From: Patescibacteria group bacterium
Lineage (GTDB): Bacteria; Patescibacteriota; Patescibacteriia; XYB2-FULL-38-15
DNA: 64,000 nt
NCBI GenBank assembly: GCA_041650995.1
Contig: JBAZJZ010000001.1
Location: forward strand, 7,891 to 71,890
Direction of reading: 5' to 3'
The translations under genes were made by a program, and so were the position numbers. The notes under the pieces are model-generated. The model ran no database searches. It was given only the letters and a program-made list of their open reading frames with translations, and was not told the DNA's origin. Positions 55,801 through 64,000 of this stretch are shown one piece after another (the stretch's first letter is position 1; each line of letters opens with the position of its first letter).

Positions 55801-55901
55801 ATAATAAAATTTTAAAAAAAGAACGAGAAAGTCGTTAATAGCCGTTTTAGTCTTAATTTGATATAATAATACCAAGACATTTTATTTTTGGCAATAGTTT
55901 T

Positions 55902-57044
55902 ATGAAAATTGCCATGATTGGCCAAAAAGGCATCCCTTTTATCAGGGATGGGGGAATAGAGCGCCATGTGGAAGAATTGTCAGTTCGGCTTGTCGCGAAC
56001 GGCCACGAAGTTTACGCTTATGTCAGGCCTCGTTTTATTATAAATGGCCAAAAAAAATATAAAGGAGTTCAACTGATCTCTCTGCCGTCAATTGCTACAA
56101 AAAATCTGGACACAATCACCCATACTTTTTTAGCAACGATTCATGTTCTTTTTAAAAAAGTTGACATTATCCACTATCACGGAGTTGGCCCGTCAACTTT
56201 GGCTTGGATTCCTAGAATTTTTAAACCACACGCAAAAATTGTTGTTACTTTTCATAGTATTGATCGCTTCCATAAAAAATGGGGACGGTTCGCCAGAACC
56301 TATCTCGGGTGGGGAGAATGGACGGCTTGTCGTTTTGCGCACATAACCATCGCCGTTTCCCAGTCAATCCAAAAATATTGCAAGGAAAAATTTAAAAAAA
56401 ATTTAGTTTATATACCAAACGGGGTTAGCGTAGAAAAAGTCAGCGGGACCGAAGAAATAAAAAAATTCGGGTTTAAAAAGGGGTCATACATTTTAACGGT
56501 AGCGCGGCTCATCAAACATAAGGGGATTCATTATTTGATTCAGGCCTATCGCAAAATGGAAAAAATTTTTGGTGATGATCCAAAAAATTGGCCTGGCGGA
56601 AAAATAAAAAAATTAGTAATTGTCGGCGCGCCGAGTTTTACCGATGATTACTACGCTTATTTGAATAAACTCGCCGAGCAGAGTCCCAATATTATTTTTA
56701 CCGGATTTAAAACGGGCGAACCCTTGAAACAACTTTTTGCGAACGCCTATCTCTATGTCCATCCGTCCGAAGCCGAGGGGCTTTCCATCACGATCTTGGA
56801 AGCAATGTCTTATGGAACTTGCGTCTTAATCAGCAATATTCCGGAAAACATGGAAACAATTGATCATTCAGGATTTTCTTTTGAAACGAAAAATATTGAC
56901 GATCTTTACGAAAAATTAATTTATCTTTTTAATGTCCCCGAAATCGTAGTGGGGAGGGGCGAACGGGGGAGGGAATTTATTAAGAAAAATTTTAATTGGG
57001 ATAAAATTGTTGAAGAAACAGAAAAAGTTTACAAAACTAAATAA
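55902..57044 (+). CDS. glycosyltransferase family 4, paralog of 2270..3451
   Basis: MKIAMIGQKGIPFIRDGGIERHVEELSVRLVANGHEV...HPSEAEGLSITILEAMSYGTCVLISNIPEN. Confidence 0.8.
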   Translation: MKIAMIGQKGIPFIRDGGIERHVEELSVRLVANGHEVYAYVRPRFIINGQKKYKGVQLISLPSIATKNLDTITHTFLATIHVLFKKVDIIHYHGVGPSTLAWIPRIFKPHAKIVVTFHSIDRFHKKWGRFARTYLGWGEWTACRFAHITIAVSQSIQKYCKEKFKKNLVYIPNGVSVEKVSGTEEIKKFGFKKGSYILTVARLIKHKGIHYLIQAYRKMEKIFGDDPKNWPGGKIKKLVIVGAPSFTDDYYAYLNKLAEQSPNIIFTGFKTGEPLKQLFANAYLYVHPSEAEGLSITILEAMSYGTCVLISNIPENMETIDHSGFSFETKNIDDLYEKLIYLFNVPEIVVGRGERGREFIKKNFNWDKIVEETEKVYKTK

Positions 57045-57067
57045 AGATTTTTAAATTAAAAATATTT

Positions 57068-58177
57068 ATGCATAATTCTTTTTCATTGGGGAGAATTAAA
57101 AATATAGAAATAAAAATTCATTTTTCTTGGTTTTTAATTTTATTTCTTATTGTCTGGTCGCTGGCGGAATTTTATTTTCCCGCAAATTATCCCGGCTGGA
57201 CGCAAACAGCTTATTGGCTTTCCGGCAGCATCGCCGCGTTTTTGCTTTTTGTGTCCGTTTTGCTTCATGAGCTTTCTCATTCATTCGTGGGTAAGAGAAA
57301 AAATATTATTGTAAAAAGCATAACTCTGTTTGTTTTTGGGGGCGTGGCGGAAATGGTGAGCGAGCCGAAGAAGCCGGCTGATGAATTTGATATGGCAATC
57401 GCTGGTCCGATTGCGAGCATTGTTTTGGCCGGATTTTTTTGGGGAATTACCGGTTTTGAAATCGGCGTTGCTGGCGTGGCTATTGCTCATTATCTTTTTT
57501 TGATAAATGGTATTTTGGCGGTATTCAATTTAATTCCCGCTTTTCCTCTGGATGGCGGCAGAATTTTTCGTTCGGCGCTTTGGGCAAAATATAAAGATAT
57601 TGAAAGAGCAACTCGTCGGGCGGTCGGCGCAAGCCGTTTTATCGCGTTTCTTTTTACTCTTTGGGGAATTAAATTACTGCTTGAAAATAATTTTTTGAGC
57701 GGGGTATGGATAATTTTAATCAGTTGGTTTCTTCTCCAAGCCGCTGGATCAAGTTTAAAACAGCAAAGAATGGAAGAAGTGCTTTCGCGGTTTAATATTG
57801 GACGAATTATGGAAAAGGATTTTAAAAGTGTTCCGCCCGAGATGTTGCTTAAAGATTTGGCAAAGGCTTTTTTGGATTATAAACAAGGCGGATTCCCCGT
57901 TGAAGAAAATGATCAACTTATTGGTATTGTTACAATTGAAGATTTAAGGAGAACGCCGCGGACAAAATGGTCAAAAATTAAAGTGGGAGAAATAATGACC
58001 GGAGCGGAAAAGCTTTTAACGCTTCGAACGAACGATACGGCTTACGATGCTTTCTTGAAAATGGCCAATAATGAGTTTGGTCGTTTACCGGTTGTGGAGA
58101 ATAATAAGGTTGTTGGCCTTGTGACCAGAAATTCCATCATTTTGCTTTTAGCCGTGAAGTGCGACAAGTGTGTTTAG
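57068..58177 (+). CDS. site-2 protease (M50) family metalloprotease with tandem CBS domains
   Basis: It has HExxH (LLHELSHSFV), FPLDGGRIF, and two C-terminal CBS modules (IGIVTIEDL..., VGLVTRNSII). Confidence 0.8.
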   Translation: MHNSFSLGRIKNIEIKIHFSWFLILFLIVWSLAEFYFPANYPGWTQTAYWLSGSIAAFLLFVSVLLHELSHSFVGKRKNIIVKSITLFVFGGVAEMVSEPKKPADEFDMAIAGPIASIVLAGFFWGITGFEIGVAGVAIAHYLFLINGILAVFNLIPAFPLDGGRIFRSALWAKYKDIERATRRAVGASRFIAFLFTLWGIKLLLENNFLSGVWIILISWFLLQAAGSSLKQQRMEEVLSRFNIGRIMEKDFKSVPPEMLLKDLAKAFLDYKQGGFPVEENDQLIGIVTIEDLRRTPRTKWSKIKVGEIMTGAEKLLTLRTNDTAYDAFLKMANNEFGRLPVVENNKVVGLVTRNSIILLLAVKCDKCV

Positions 58178-58244
58178 ATTTAATTTATAAATAAAAATTG
58201 ACAACTGACAACTTACAACTTGAAGTTTTTAAATTCAACGCCAG

Positions 58245-58853
58245 TTGTTTGTCGTCAGTCGTCTGTCGTTAGTCAAAAACATGATTAATCAAAAATTATT
58301 TCAGAGTTTAAAAAAAGAGTTTGAATTTTACGGAGAAGAAAGAAGAAAATTGATTGGGGTTTCCAATGAAGCGTTGATGAGGGCAAAGCAGGCGATTTTT
58401 GCTTTTCACCGGAATGATTTAAAAGGTGGCAATGCATTGCTCGCCGAGGTGGAGAAGATTTTTTTAGATTTGGAAAAAAAGTTTAAACAAGAGCCGGAGT
58501 TGCGTTACGAGGGGGCGTATAGGGCGGCGCTTGAAGAATATGTGGAAGCGAAATTTTTTGGGAGATTTTTGGAAGATGGAAAAATAGATTTTATAAAAGG
58601 GACGGAAATTGATGCCGATACTTACTTGGGTGGGATTTGTGATTTTACCGGTGAACTTGTTCGGAAAGCGGTTCTCGCGGCCACGGAGAAAAAATTTAAA
58701 AAGGTTGAAGAATTTGTGGCGGGAGTCCGCGATGTGATCGGCGAGTTGATCAAAATTAATTTGACTGGATATTTGCGGACAAAATACGATCAGGCTAAAC
58801 AAAATTTGCGGCGAGCGGAAGAAGTTTTGTATGATGTGAAGATGAGGGAGTAG
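58245..58853 (+). CDS. hypothetical all-alpha protein, possibly translin-family (likely start at MINQ, nt 58281)
   Basis: DTYLGGICDFTGELVRKAV resembles the translin/TRAX Y..G..D..GEL.R motif. This is weak, memory-based. Confidence 0.35.
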   Translation: MFVVSRLSLVKNMINQKLFQSLKKEFEFYGEERRKLIGVSNEALMRAKQAIFAFHRNDLKGGNALLAEVEKIFLDLEKKFKQEPELRYEGAYRAALEEYVEAKFFGRFLEDGKIDFIKGTEIDADTYLGGICDFTGELVRKAVLAATEKKFKKVEEFVAGVRDVIGELIKINLTGYLRTKYDQAKQNLRRAEEVLYDVKMRE

Positions 58854-58871
58854 GGGTTCATGATATAAAAT

Positions 58872-58950
58872 TTAATTACTTAATTACTAGTTACCAATTA
58901 CTCTATGGTTAGTATAATTTGGTAATTAGTAAATAGTAACTGGTAATTAA
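58872..58950. repeat. inverted pair of GGTAA-type heptad-repeat blocks
   Basis: aattact|agttacc|aattact ... ttggtaa|ttagtaa|atagtaa|ctggtaa|tt: a reverse-oriented block followed by a forward block. Confidence 0.75.
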
Positions 58951-58971
58951 TGTTTTTGTTTTTAGTAATTT

Positions 58972-59382
58972 ATGCCAAAAGAAATTTCCGCCGGAGCAGT
59001 AATCTTTAAACGCAACGGCGAAATAAAATATTTGCTTTTGCGCTACGAATCCGGACATTGGGATTTTCCGCGGGGAGCGATTGAGATTGGGGAAAAAGAA
59101 GAAGACACGGTCGTGCGGGAAGCAAAAGAAGAAACGGGAATTTCCGATTTGGTTTTTTTTCCTTTATTCCGGGAGAAAATTTTTTGGTTTTATAAAAAGG
59201 AAGGAAGAACAATTTACAAAGAAGCGATTTTTTATTTAGCCGAAACAAAAATGGAAGAGGTGAAGCTTTCCGATGAGCACGTTGATTTTAAATGGCTGCC
59301 TTACGCGGAGGCGATGGAACAGATTACTTTTCCAAATGGGAAAAAGGTTTTAGAGAAGGCAAATGAATTTTTAAATAAATAA
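58972..59382 (+). CDS. NUDIX hydrolase
   Basis: It has the Nudix box (GAIEIGEKEEDTVVREAKEETGI). Confidence 0.85.
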   Translation: MPKEISAGAVIFKRNGEIKYLLLRYESGHWDFPRGAIEIGEKEEDTVVREAKEETGISDLVFFPLFREKIFWFYKKEGRTIYKEAIFYLAETKMEEVKLSDEHVDFKWLPYAEAMEQITFPNGKKVLEKANEFLNK

Positions 59383-59394
59383 AATATTTTTTTT

Positions 59395-60630
59395 ATGAAA
59401 ATTGAGAAAATATACACGGGTAGTTGGTTCCCAAGAACAAAGTTGCACCTTCAAGAGTTTTTTAATTTTTTGAAGTATCAACGATCAGAACTCGATTTGG
59501 ATAAAAAAAAGATTACTACCCTGCATGATTCATTAAAAATAAAAAAGGCCAACTACGCCGGAGGTACCTTTGATCAAATTTCGGTAAATTGCGAAGGCTG
59601 TGATTTTGAATATTTTGAGGATGGTCTTTTGGTTTTAGAAAAAAAATTTAAAAAAATTGAGGAAGATTTATCCTTTTTAGAAAATTTTTATCAGAAAAAA
59701 TTAGCCGAAATTCTCACTTTTATTTATAGTAAAGGCGCCCCGCTTCCGCTTTTGACAATGCTTGCCCCGGTGCATCGAGTGAGGACAACTGTGATAGTAA
59801 TGAGCCAGGCAAAGGAGTCTGAGATAAATAATTTATTGGAAGGCTTGGGAAGTAGCTTGCCGCACGCGAAAGTTATTGATAAAAATTATCAAATTTATTT
59901 TTCCTCTCAATATATTTGTATTGTTTCAAAGAAAATCAAAACTAAAGAATGTCTTAATCTCATCCGTCATTATATTTTTTTCAGAGAATACGAAGCGCAA
60001 ATGCATAAATTTTTGAATATTAATCGTTATCTTTGGGATAATGTGGCTGACATTTTAAAAAAGGAAGTTATTAAATACAAAGAACTGCCAAACCTGAGAG
60101 AAAGATTATTGGATTATAAGGAAAAAAATACGTTAATTAAAAATAGGATAAAGCAAATGGATAATTATATATCTGCCAGACAGATTGAGGCAAAAGATTC
60201 TGGTTATCTTGAATTTTTAAATAGGTATAGAGCGGACAGGTTTGTAAAAACCATGAGCATACATAATTACATTATAAAGCTTTGGGAAATGACTGATGAA
60301 TCCCTTAGTTCCGCGGCCGATTTGATAAATTCTCTTTATCAGGAAAATACACAAAAAGAATTGACTACGCTGCAAGCAATTTTTCTAATTGGCACAACCG
60401 CGAGTTTTTTGACTTTAGGAGCTATGCCGGGCGCTATGCTTAAATTTTTCAATCCTGATGGTAATTTAATCGCCGGCGGAGAATTTATCTCTTTTGATTT
60501 TATAACCATGATTAAGTTTGGCTTCACGGCGTTGGTGGTAAGTTTTGGTATTTATCTTTTGTGGGATGTATTTTTTAAAAATGTCAGAAAATTTAAAGTT
60601 ATCAGCATTATAAAGGGTTTAAAAAAATAG
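59395..60630 (+). CDS. hypothetical protein with C-terminal TM helices
   Basis: 411 aa with a Lys-rich soluble N-terminal region and about three C-terminal TM helices. Confidence 0.35.
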   Translation: MKIEKIYTGSWFPRTKLHLQEFFNFLKYQRSELDLDKKKITTLHDSLKIKKANYAGGTFDQISVNCEGCDFEYFEDGLLVLEKKFKKIEEDLSFLENFYQKKLAEILTFIYSKGAPLPLLTMLAPVHRVRTTVIVMSQAKESEINNLLEGLGSSLPHAKVIDKNYQIYFSSQYICIVSKKIKTKECLNLIRHYIFFREYEAQMHKFLNINRYLWDNVADILKKEVIKYKELPNLRERLLDYKEKNTLIKNRIKQMDNYISARQIEAKDSGYLEFLNRYRADRFVKTMSIHNYIIKLWEMTDESLSSAADLINSLYQENTQKELTTLQAIFLIGTTASFLTLGAMPGAMLKFFNPDGNLIAGGEFISFDFITMIKFGFTALVVSFGIYLLWDVFFKNVRKFKVISIIKGLKK

Positions 60631-60664
60631 AAAATGATTTTAATTCAGTAATTAATATTAATCA

Positions 60665-61159
60665 ATGATTGATTACGTCGGCTGGTTTCAAAATTTTCCT
60701 CCTGAGGCAGCAGTAATGTTTATTGCCGCAATTCCGATTGCCGAACTGCGTGCGGCCTTGCCGGTCGCGCTTTTAGTTTACAAAATGCCTTTTTGGTCAG
60801 CTTTTTTTTGGTCGGTTTTGGGGAATATGCTTCCCATTTTTTTTATTGTTTATTTTATCAAACCGGCAGCGAATTTTTTGAAGAAACACTGGCGGGTGGC
60901 AGAGAGATTTTTCGATTGGTGGTTCGCTCGCGTGCGCCGTAAATTTGAAAAGGGTATTTTAAAATATGGAATTAACTTAGCGCTCATTATTTTTGTAGCG
61001 ATTCCATTGCCCATCACCGGCGCTTGGTCCGGAGCCGTTGCTTCATTTCTTTTCGGAATTCCGCCGCGGCGCGCCTTGATTTTAATCGCGTTTGGCGTTA
61101 TAATAGCGGGAATTATTGTTGGACTTTTAACCGGCGGAGGAGTGTATATTTTTAGATAA
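60665..61159 (+). CDS. small multidrug-export-like membrane protein (COG2426-like)
   Basis: It is a 164-aa 4-TM protein with IAAIPIAELRAALPVAL and a C-terminal Gly-rich TM; this resembles the Sm_multidrug_ex family. Confidence 0.45.
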   Translation: MIDYVGWFQNFPPEAAVMFIAAIPIAELRAALPVALLVYKMPFWSAFFWSVLGNMLPIFFIVYFIKPAANFLKKHWRVAERFFDWWFARVRRKFEKGILKYGINLALIIFVAIPLPITGAWSGAVASFLFGIPPRRALILIAFGVIIAGIIVGLLTGGGVYIFR

Positions 61160-61162
61160 AAT

Positions 61163-62500
61163 ATGGAATTTAAAGATAAAAAAATAACTGTAATGGGGCT
61201 CGGCCTTTTGGGGCGGGGAGTTGGTGTTGTAAAATATTTAGCGGGAAAGGGTGCGAGAGTGACTGTAACTGATTTAAAGAGTGCGAAAGATTTGGCGTTG
61301 TCAGTTCGGGAAATTAAAAAATTTTTGAAAAATAAAAAGGGAGCGTATCCGGTTAAATTTATCTTAGGAAAACATCGACTGCAAGATTTTAAAAATGTTG
61401 ATATGGTTTTTAAGGCCGCAGGCGCGCCGCTTAATTCGCCTTTTATTGCCGAAGCCAAGAAAAATGGAGTGCCAATTTTTATGGATGATGCATTATTTGC
61501 CCGCGAGACAGAAGGTAAAATTATTGGCATTACGGGAACGCGCGGAAAAACAACGACCTCAAATTTAATTTATGAAATTGCCAAAGCAACCGGTAAAAAA
61601 ACGTATTTCGGCGGCAATGTCCGTGGCATGGCCACGCTTCCGCTTTTAGAGAAAGTTAAAAAAAATGATCTCGCGGTTTTGGAACTTTCAAGCTGGCAAC
61701 TGCAGGGTTGGCGGGATTTAAAAATTAGTCCGGAAATTTCAGTCGTAACAAATATTTATCCCGACCACCAGAACTATTATAAAAATAGTATGGCAAAATA
61801 TGTTTATGATAAAGAAGCAATTTTTGCCAATCAGAAAAAAAATGATTTTTTGGTGTTGAATAAAAATTGCGCATGGTGCAAGAAAATGGCGAAACGGGCG
61901 CCAAGCAAAGTGGTTTGGTTTTCCTTAAACGACGTTTCACGCAAATGGAAAATAAAAATTTTAGGAGAACATAATTTAGAAAATGTTGCCGCAGCCGTGG
62001 CAGTGGGAAAAATTTTAGATTTGCCCACAGTGAAAATAAAAAAGGCCGTGGAAAACTTTCGTGGAGTTCCTGGTCGGCTAGAATTTGTGCGTGAGATTCA
62101 CGGCGTGAAATATTATAATGATACGACAGCTACGATGCCCGAGGCGACGATCGCGGCGTTGCGAGCGATTGGTGGAATAAATATTGTTTTGATCGCCGGC
62201 GGAGCGGACAAGAATTTGAATTTTAAAAATCTGGCGCCGGAAATTAAAAAATATACCAAGGCAGTCGTGCTTTTATCTGGCACCGCGACCCCCAAACTCC
62301 AAAAGCAATTACTAATTACCAATTACCGATTACCAATTATTGTCGTCCGCAGTATGTCTGACGCCGTCGAAACCGCGCAAAAATTTGCCACACGCGGCGA
62401 CGTGGTCTTATTGTCTCTCGCCGCCGCCAGTTTTGGAATGTTTAAAAATGAGTTTGATAGAGGAGATCAATTTTTGAGAGAAGTTAAAAAAATAAAATGA
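61163..62500 (+). CDS. murD: UDP-N-acetylmuramoylalanine--D-glutamate ligase
   Basis: KITVMGLGLLGRGVGVVKYL...GITGTRGKTTTS...DTTATMPEA. A GTAAT heptad block is inserted in-frame at 62300-62340. Confidence 0.9.
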   Translation: MEFKDKKITVMGLGLLGRGVGVVKYLAGKGARVTVTDLKSAKDLALSVREIKKFLKNKKGAYPVKFILGKHRLQDFKNVDMVFKAAGAPLNSPFIAEAKKNGVPIFMDDALFARETEGKIIGITGTRGKTTTSNLIYEIAKATGKKTYFGGNVRGMATLPLLEKVKKNDLAVLELSSWQLQGWRDLKISPEISVVTNIYPDHQNYYKNSMAKYVYDKEAIFANQKKNDFLVLNKNCAWCKKMAKRAPSKVVWFSLNDVSRKWKIKILGEHNLENVAAAVAVGKILDLPTVKIKKAVENFRGVPGRLEFVREIHGVKYYNDTTATMPEATIAALRAIGGINIVLIAGGADKNLNFKNLAPEIKKYTKAVVLLSGTATPKLQKQLLITNYRLPIIVVRSMSDAVETAQKFATRGDVVLLSLAAASFGMFKNEFDRGDQFLREVKKIK

Positions 62501-63846
62501 ATATAAAAGAATTAATAAAAAAAATTATTCCGGGATTTTTGCTCCGGTGGTATCATAAGACGCTCGCTCTCGCGGCGAATATTTTTTATGGTTTTCCATC
62601 AAATAAACTCGTAGTGATTGGTGTGACCGGCACGAACGGAAAATCCACGACCGTGCACTTAATCGCAAAAATGTTTGAGGGTGCCGGTTTTAAAGTCGGG
62701 TCAACTTCTACGGTTGGTTTTAAAGTGGCGGACAAAGAATGTTTGAATAAAAAAAAGATGACCATGCTCGGCCGATTTGCTTTGCAAAAATTATTGCGGC
62801 GAATGGTCGCGGCCGGATGTCGGTACGCGGTTATTGAGACGTCTTCGCAAGGCGTAGAGCAATTCAGGCATCTCGGCGTAAATTATGATGTCGCGGTTTT
62901 TACTAATTTAACACCAGAACATATTGAAGCACACGGGGGCTTTCTTAATTATAAAAAAGCCAAAGGGAAATTTTTCGCGCATCTGACGGCGAAGCCAAAA
63001 AAAATGATTGACGAGAAAACGGTGTCCAAAGTTAGTGTGGTAAATCTTGATGACGAGCATGCGGAATATTTTGCGGAATTTCCGGCGGATGAAAAATATG
63101 GTTATAAAATCCAAAATCCAAAATTACAAATTCCAAATAAATTTCAAAATCCAAATTTCAAAATTGTTGAAGCCGAAAATGTGGAAATGGGGCCAGGCGG
63201 TTCCATCTTTAAGCTTCAAACTTCCAACTTCATAATTCATTTGTTGGGCGAATTTAATGTTTATAATTCTTTGGCTGCGGCGGCAGTCGGTTTGTCGCAA
63301 GGATTAAGTCTGGAAATTATTTCAAAATCACTGGCAGAAGTTCGCGGTGTGCCAGGTCGGATGGAGTTTATTGATGGAGGACAGAATTTTAAAATTTTAG
63401 TTGATTACGCGCCAGAGCCGGCTTCAATGGAAAAACTTTATGAAACCGCGTGTGGTCCGCAATTTATGGTTTCTAGAGGAAAAATTATTCATGTCCTCGG
63501 TTCGGCTGGCGGCGGGAGAGATAAATCTCGTCGGCCGATTTTGGGACGAATCGCCGGAGAGAACGCCGACTATGTTATAATTACGAACGAAGATCCCTAC
63601 GATGAAAATCCAATGGAAATTATAAATCAAGTGGCGGCCGGAGCGACGAGCAAAGAAGATGGTGTGAATTTATTTAAAATTTTGGACCGCGGCGAAGCTA
63701 TTACTAAGGCATTAAGTCTTGCCCGTGAAAACGATTTGGTGATTATTACCGGCAAGGGATCGGAGCAGGCGATTTGCGTAGCCAATAATAAAAAAATTCC
63801 ATGGGATGACCGGGGAAAAGTCAGGGAAATTTTAAGAAAAAAATAA
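62497..63846 (+). CDS. murE: UDP-N-acetylmuramoyl-tripeptide synthetase (Mur ligase, MurE-like)
   Basis: VIGVTGTNGKSTTVHLIAKMF...TNLTPEHIEAHGGF...DYAPEP. An in-frame AAATCCA heptad block (63106-63165) encodes YKIQNPKLQIPNKFQNPNFKI. Confidence 0.8.
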   Translation: MNIKELIKKIIPGFLLRWYHKTLALAANIFYGFPSNKLVVIGVTGTNGKSTTVHLIAKMFEGAGFKVGSTSTVGFKVADKECLNKKKMTMLGRFALQKLLRRMVAAGCRYAVIETSSQGVEQFRHLGVNYDVAVFTNLTPEHIEAHGGFLNYKKAKGKFFAHLTAKPKKMIDEKTVSKVSVVNLDDEHAEYFAEFPADEKYGYKIQNPKLQIPNKFQNPNFKIVEAENVEMGPGGSIFKLQTSNFIIHLLGEFNVYNSLAAAAVGLSQGLSLEIISKSLAEVRGVPGRMEFIDGGQNFKILVDYAPEPASMEKLYETACGPQFMVSRGKIIHVLGSAGGGRDKSRRPILGRIAGENADYVIITNEDPYDENPMEIINQVAAGATSKEDGVNLFKILDRGEAITKALSLARENDLVIITGKGSEQAICVANNKKIPWDDRGKVREILRKK

Positions 63847-64000
63847 TGAAAGATTTAATCATCAAAAAAATAAGCCTCAAAGCTGGTGAGGAAATTATTG
63901 CCGTTGTTCGGCATTACGGTCTGACACTTTGGCCAAAAATTTTGGCCGTGATTTTACTTTTAGTTTTGCCATTCTTTTTTATTTTTCCACTTTTCAAATG
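63846..64000 (+). CDS. hypothetical protein, 3'-truncated at the window end (membrane-associated, bacterial-PH/YdbT-like N-terminus)
   Basis: The ATG overlaps the murE stop (TAATG): MKDLIIKKISLKAGEEIIAVVRHYGLTLWPKILAVILLLVLPFFFIFPLFK... Confidence 0.3.
   Translation, partial: MKDLIIKKISLKAGEEIIAVVRHYGLTLWPKILAVILLLVLPFFFIFPLFK

Noticed and set aside
55608-55901. Integrase or attachment-site remnants next to tRNA-Lys that would mark a classical genomic island
   Set aside because: No integrase-like ORF is present within the window on either side of the tRNA, and no obvious direct repeat of the tRNA 3' end is present. The island interpretation therefore rests on composition alone.

Overview
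This 64 kb window is AT-rich (roughly high-30s %GC) and gene-dense, and uses the standard bacterial genetic code (TGA and TAA are clearly used as stops). The gene content looks like a reduced-genome bacterium: many glycosyltransferases, giant Thr/Ser/Gly-rich secreted proteins, and a minimal peptidoglycan and ribosomal gene set. The short dispersed palindromic repeats fit a Candidate Phyla Radiation / Patescibacteria-type genome, but that placement is inference.

The window has three parts.

(A) 1-41 kb is a cell-envelope locus. It holds:
- an FG-GAP repeat protein truncated at the window start;
- an ECF sigma factor with a putative DUF5667-like anti-sigma factor, directly upstream of a 1254-aa surface protein;
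- four more large secreted proteins. All five share an unrecognised, conserved ~150-aa module (GDLIK..YYYG..GKRYVFP..SW..VRPG..KVYAV..G.LRWV). Most also carry Ig-like (Big_1, SbsA-like) modules and DxDxDG calcium-loop-like modules;
- an S8 subtilase with C-terminal FG-GAP repeats;
- a glycosylation cluster: a sugar epimerase/dehydratase, a polyprenyl-phosphate-type GT2, a small membrane protein, a second GT2, two GT4, and two back-to-back polytopic GT-C/PMT-like membrane proteins;
- a Fic (HPFTDGNGR) gene with a small upstream partner ORF;
- an rfbB / fdtA-like / rfbD / long-form rfbA dTDP-sugar operon.

(B) Accessory and mobile content sits inside (A):
- a REP-associated tyrosine transposase (HuH motif HYHLL, Tyr motif YIHQNPVKHG) flanked on both sides by REP double-hairpin arrays;
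- a GIY-YIG ORF bracketed by direct repeats;
- a DUF559 endonuclease-like gene interrupted by an in-frame TAG and bounded by ~70-bp inverted repeats;
- a GTCATTGCGAG...GCAATC palindromic repeat family;
- a genome-wide family of period-7 (heptanucleotide) tandem repeats (NNGGTAA, AAGTTAA, AAATCCA types). These occur in intergenic regions and also in-frame inside murD, murE, nifS and a GT4 gene.

(C) 42-64 kb is housekeeping: murA, ctpA, rplI, pyrG, rpmA, nifU/nifS, mraY, ftsW, murG, tRNA-Lys(UUU), a site-2 protease with CBS domains, NUDIX, murD, murE.

The two most striking compositional anomalies are single-gene, strongly GC-rich (~60-65 %GC) insertions, each with its own AT-rich promoter, RBS and terminator:
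- a 195-aa protein of unknown function that splits the rfb operon (38.5-39.1 kb);
- a GGEEF diguanylate cyclase immediately beside tRNA-Lys (54.9-55.6 kb).
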